DNA of 63,427 bases, from contig CAZUUA010000010.1 of assembly GCA_964623635.1 (NCBI GenBank), positions 1 to 63,427 of the forward strand, read 5' to 3'. Under the pieces are notes generated by a model. The model did no database searches and had not been told where the DNA came from. It saw only the letters and a program-made list of their open reading frames with translations. This DNA is from an uncultured Ruminococcus sp. GTDB taxonomy: Bacteria; Bacillota; Clostridia; Oscillospirales; CAG-272. Positions 60,402 through 63,427 of the stretch are shown here, in pieces; the first letter of the stretch is position 1; every line of letters begins with the position of its first letter. Made by a program: the position numbers and the translations under genes.

Positions 60402-61046
60402 ATGAAAGTAAAAACAATTGCCATGATCTTGGCAGTGGTCATGATGGTGGTTGGTCTGGTTGGCGCAACGCTGGCTTGGTTGACTGCTACATCTGATGAA
60501 GTGAAGAATACCTTCACTACAAGTGATATCGTAATCGAATTGAAGGAAACAACTGGTAAAGAATACAAAATGGTACCAGGTTTCAAAATTGCAAAGGATC
60601 CTCAGGTTACAGTGAAAGCAAATAGCGAAGACTGTATAGTGTTTATCCAAATCACTAAATCCTCCAATTACGATACGTATCTGAAAGAATATGAGGTAAC
60701 TGATGGATGGACGGCATTGACTGGTGCTGAGGGTGTTTACTATCGTAAGGTTAGTGCAAGCAGCAGTGATCAGTCTTTCTATGTTCTGCAAGGAAGCGGT
60801 ACTGGTGATTACAAAAATGGTTATGTCACTGTAAATGATACTGTTACTAAGTCCAACATGGAAGCTATCGATGGCGTTGATGGCGACGGAAAAGTTTCTG
60901 AGACAGAAATCAAAGCTCGTCCTACATTGACATTCAAAGCTTATGCACACCAGTTGTATACTGGTGAAATTAACAGTAGTGGCAATAAGGTGGAATTCGC
61001 ACCTGCCGTTGCATGGACAAACGCTACTGCCACCGCTGCTTCCTAA
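60402..61046 (+). CDS. SipW-cognate signal peptide protein (subunit 2)
   Basis: ATLAWLT...NTFT..IELKE, MVPG...KDP, AYAHQ. Confidence 0.85.
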   Translation: MKVKTIAMILAVVMMVVGLVGATLAWLTATSDEVKNTFTTSDIVIELKETTGKEYKMVPGFKIAKDPQVTVKANSEDCIVFIQITKSSNYDTYLKEYEVTDGWTALTGAEGVYYRKVSASSSDQSFYVLQGSGTGDYKNGYVTVNDTVTKSNMEAIDGVDGDGKVSETEIKARPTLTFKAYAHQLYTGEINSSGNKVEFAPAVAWTNATATAAS

Positions 61047-61076
61047 TTAACAAAACAACATTAAGGAGAATGACTC

Positions 61077-61850
61077 ATGAATAAGAAGAAAATTGTTGCC
61101 GTAGCACTGTGCGTTTGCATGGCCGCTACTGCAGTAGTTGGTGGTACTCTGGCGTACTTCACCGACAAAGAAGACCAGACGAACACCTTCTCCTCTGGTT
61201 TTGTTGCGATCACTCTGGACGAAGCCATCGTTAAGAAGGATGCTGACGGTGACCTGGTAGCAGATGGTACTAAGCGTACTTCCGATAACCAGACCTACAA
61301 GCTCTATCCCGCTATGGATGTTACCAAGGACCCCACTATCACTGTTGTTGATGGCTCCGAAGATTCCTACATCGCCGCTAAGATCACCATCAAGGGTGAC
61401 CTGCTGGATCTGTACGGTGCCGACACTGCAACCCCCAAGACCTACTACAACCTGGACATCACCAAGTTCATCTCTGGTGGTCTGATCAAAACAGGCTCTA
61501 CCCAGTCCTTTAACTGGAACGGTCTGGACATGATCTACACCGATGCTGATGGTAACGTGTACTATCAGGATGCAAGCAATGGTAATAAGGGTACCAGCAG
61601 CGAATGGGTCGTATACATCTTCATGAAGGACATCTATGAAGCTAAAGATACGATCGTTCTGTTCGATACTCTGACGGTTGACGCTAATTATGGCAATACC
61701 GAAATGGCTAAGCTGAATGGCGCTACTGTTCAGATTCAGGCATTCGCAGTACAGTCTTATGGCTTTGATGATGCTACCAAGACCGATGCTACTAACTGCT
61801 TCAAGGCTATGACCACTGCATTCGGAACCGATTTCAATTTCGCTGGCTAA
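61077..61850 (+). CDS. SipW-cognate signal peptide protein (subunit 3)
   Basis: GTLAYFTD...NTFSSG.VAITLDE, LYPA...KDP, AFAVQ. Confidence 0.85.
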   Translation: MNKKKIVAVALCVCMAATAVVGGTLAYFTDKEDQTNTFSSGFVAITLDEAIVKKDADGDLVADGTKRTSDNQTYKLYPAMDVTKDPTITVVDGSEDSYIAAKITIKGDLLDLYGADTATPKTYYNLDITKFISGGLIKTGSTQSFNWNGLDMIYTDADGNVYYQDASNGNKGTSSEWVVYIFMKDIYEAKDTIVLFDTLTVDANYGNTEMAKLNGATVQIQAFAVQSYGFDDATKTDATNCFKAMTTAFGTDFNFAG

Positions 61851-61871
61851 TTCAAAAAATCCCCTCACTTT

Positions 61872-61969
61872 CTCATTACGTCATGCACCAATGGTCACGT
61901 GCCGTTGGTGCGGGCGTATGAGGGCATCTGAGCTATCGGGTGCTCTCATATGCCCATTGTCGGCATATG
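61872..61969 (+). other. Intergenic stem-loops after subunit 3
   Basis: CTCATTACG..GCACCAATGG/CCGTTGGTGC..CGTATGAG and CATATGCC/GGCATATG. Confidence 0.7.
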
Positions 61970-62030
61970 CACAATTTCGCAAAGCAACAATTCAGGATAG
62001 ATTCAATCCCCGCAGAAAGGATGCTTTCCC

Positions 62031-62663
62031 ATGAAAACGAACCTTCTCACGCCACAAAACAAAACGAAAGTCCTGTCCGCCGCCGTCGTCGCCATCGCAC
62101 TGGCAACAGTAGCCACCGGCACGCTGGCCTACTTCACCGACAGCACGATCGCCCATAACGTCATCACCTCCGGTGCCGTGGACATCGATCTGATCGAAAA
62201 ACAGTTGATCCCCGGCGATAATGGAGAAGATACATATGTAGACTACCCAACGGAAACGATCGAAGGCGTGATGCCCGGCATGCAAGTGTCCAAGATCGTC
62301 ACCGTACAAAATAACGAACAAAAGGCGTGGGTCCGTGTGAAGGTAACACCAACCATCACATTGAAAGGGCAGAGCACGCCTAATACGGCTTTCATCGAAC
62401 TGGATTTCAATGAAGAAGATTGGGAAAAAGGCGATGATTATTGGTACTACAAAAAGCCGCTGGACGAAGGGGAAACCACAGAACCGTTGTTCACCACGGT
62501 GACCTTCTCCAAGGACATGGGCAACGAGTACCAGAACTGCACGGTGGTCATCCAAGTAGAAGCCGAAGCCATCCAGCACGCCAACATGACCAAAGACGCC
62601 ATGCAGTCGCAGGGATGGAAATATATGGAAGATTCCACACCAGGCGCCACCAGCGAAGAATAA
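62031..62663 (+). CDS. SipW-cognate signal peptide protein (subunit 4)
   Basis: GTLAYFTD...NVITSGAVDIDLIE, VMPG..VSK, YWYY, AEAIQ. Confidence 0.87.
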   Translation: MKTNLLTPQNKTKVLSAAVVAIALATVATGTLAYFTDSTIAHNVITSGAVDIDLIEKQLIPGDNGEDTYVDYPTETIEGVMPGMQVSKIVTVQNNEQKAWVRVKVTPTITLKGQSTPNTAFIELDFNEEDWEKGDDYWYYKKPLDEGETTEPLFTTVTFSKDMGNEYQNCTVVIQVEAEAIQHANMTKDAMQSQGWKYMEDSTPGATSEE

Positions 62664-62682
62664 GAAAGGAGGTTGAACGAAT

Positions 62683-63427
62683 ATGAAAAAATTTTTAGCA
62701 CTTACATTATGCATTATGATGGTGTTCAGCCTCGTTTCCCCGGTGCTGGTCTCAGCGGACACCACCATCCTCGACCTCCCCGAAAACGGCAGCGTCGAGG
62801 TGAAAGCAGGGTATTATGCCACCTGGCAGATCAAAGTTGACGACGATGTTTGGGTGAATATCGCCGGTGCAGATGGGGACATACTGACCGTGCGCTATGC
62901 CATGATCGCCAATGTGTTGCAGGGTGACACAGCCTACATCCGTCACACCGATGGTGAAACCGTCTCCGATGAGATTGCCATCCGTGTTGTAGCACCCGTG
63001 TTGGAAGAAACGACACCCGATGTACCTGTGGTGGAAGACCCTATCGAAACCGAACCGGAAACAAAGGATAATTTCCTGAGCGGTCTCCTCGGTGGTCTGG
63101 GCAATATTTTCGGTACCGGCTCCGATACACTGGATGATGATGCACCGGTAGCTCCGGCAAGCTATTCTATCGTGATCAACTATGTATTCGTAGATGGTTC
63201 AGAGGCAGCCAATCCCTGGACCGGCTCCATTGGTGCCGGTATGAGTTACCATCAGGAGGTCAAAAGCCCCGAGGTGGTGGGCTACACCCCCGATCGTGCC
63301 AGCGTTGATGTGAATATCACTTCTGCCGACGCGGATTTTACCTATATCGTTATTTATTCCCCCGCCGTTGTTAGCTTCAAGGTGGAGCACTGGCAGCAGA
63401 ATACGGACAATGACCAGTATACCCTGG
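62683..63427 (+). CDS. Large secreted adhesin-like protein, runs off the window edge (MucBP-like repeat start)
   Basis: AAAGGAGG RBS; MKKFLAL signal peptide; frame open to the end; IVINYVFVDG...SPEVVGYTP and VEHWQQN segments; missing from the ORF track because it has no stop. Confidence 0.75.
   Translation, partial: MKKFLALTLCIMMVFSLVSPVLVSADTTILDLPENGSVEVKAGYYATWQIKVDDDVWVNIAGADGDILTVRYAMIANVLQGDTAYIRHTDGETVSDEIAIRVVAPVLEETTPDVPVVEDPIETEPETKDNFLSGLLGGLGNIFGTGSDTLDDDAPVAPASYSIVINYVFVDGSEAANPWTGSIGAGMSYHQEVKSPEVVGYTPDRASVDVNITSADADFTYIVIYSPAVVSFKVEHWQQNTDNDQYTL

Overview
A chromosomal window from a spore-forming Firmicute, most likely an anaerobic gut-type Clostridia (inferred from spoVAD/spoVAE, a Gram-positive LexA box and a SipW locus). 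In order, it holds: a LexA-controlled Y-family polymerase plus SRAP pair; a large DUF5722-like membrane-anchored protein; scattered carbohydrate-active enzymes (GH95, GH78, GH36, GH51, GH5-like and one unclassified glycosidase-like protein) with three orphan solute-binding lipoproteins and two AraC regulators; proBAC; potABCD behind a roughly 480-nt leader; a type II fatty-acid synthesis operon lacking accB/accC and preceded by five tandem palindromes; an orphan eutH and a STAS-less SulP; a sugar-catabolic oxidoreductase cluster; an esterase/acyltransferase/membrane-protein operon facing a Zn-phospholipase C gene; spoVAD-spoVAE; copA; and, at the right edge, an operon with an atypical SipW peptidase, four SipW-class TasA-like subunits and a truncated large adhesin. 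I saw no rRNA, tRNA, CRISPR array or transposase. The best novelty candidates are the multi-subunit SipW fibre operon with structured RNA elements, the pot leader (anti-SD helix plus overlapping uORFs) and the operator arrays at two lipid loci. All family assignments come from motif recognition by eye, not database searches.
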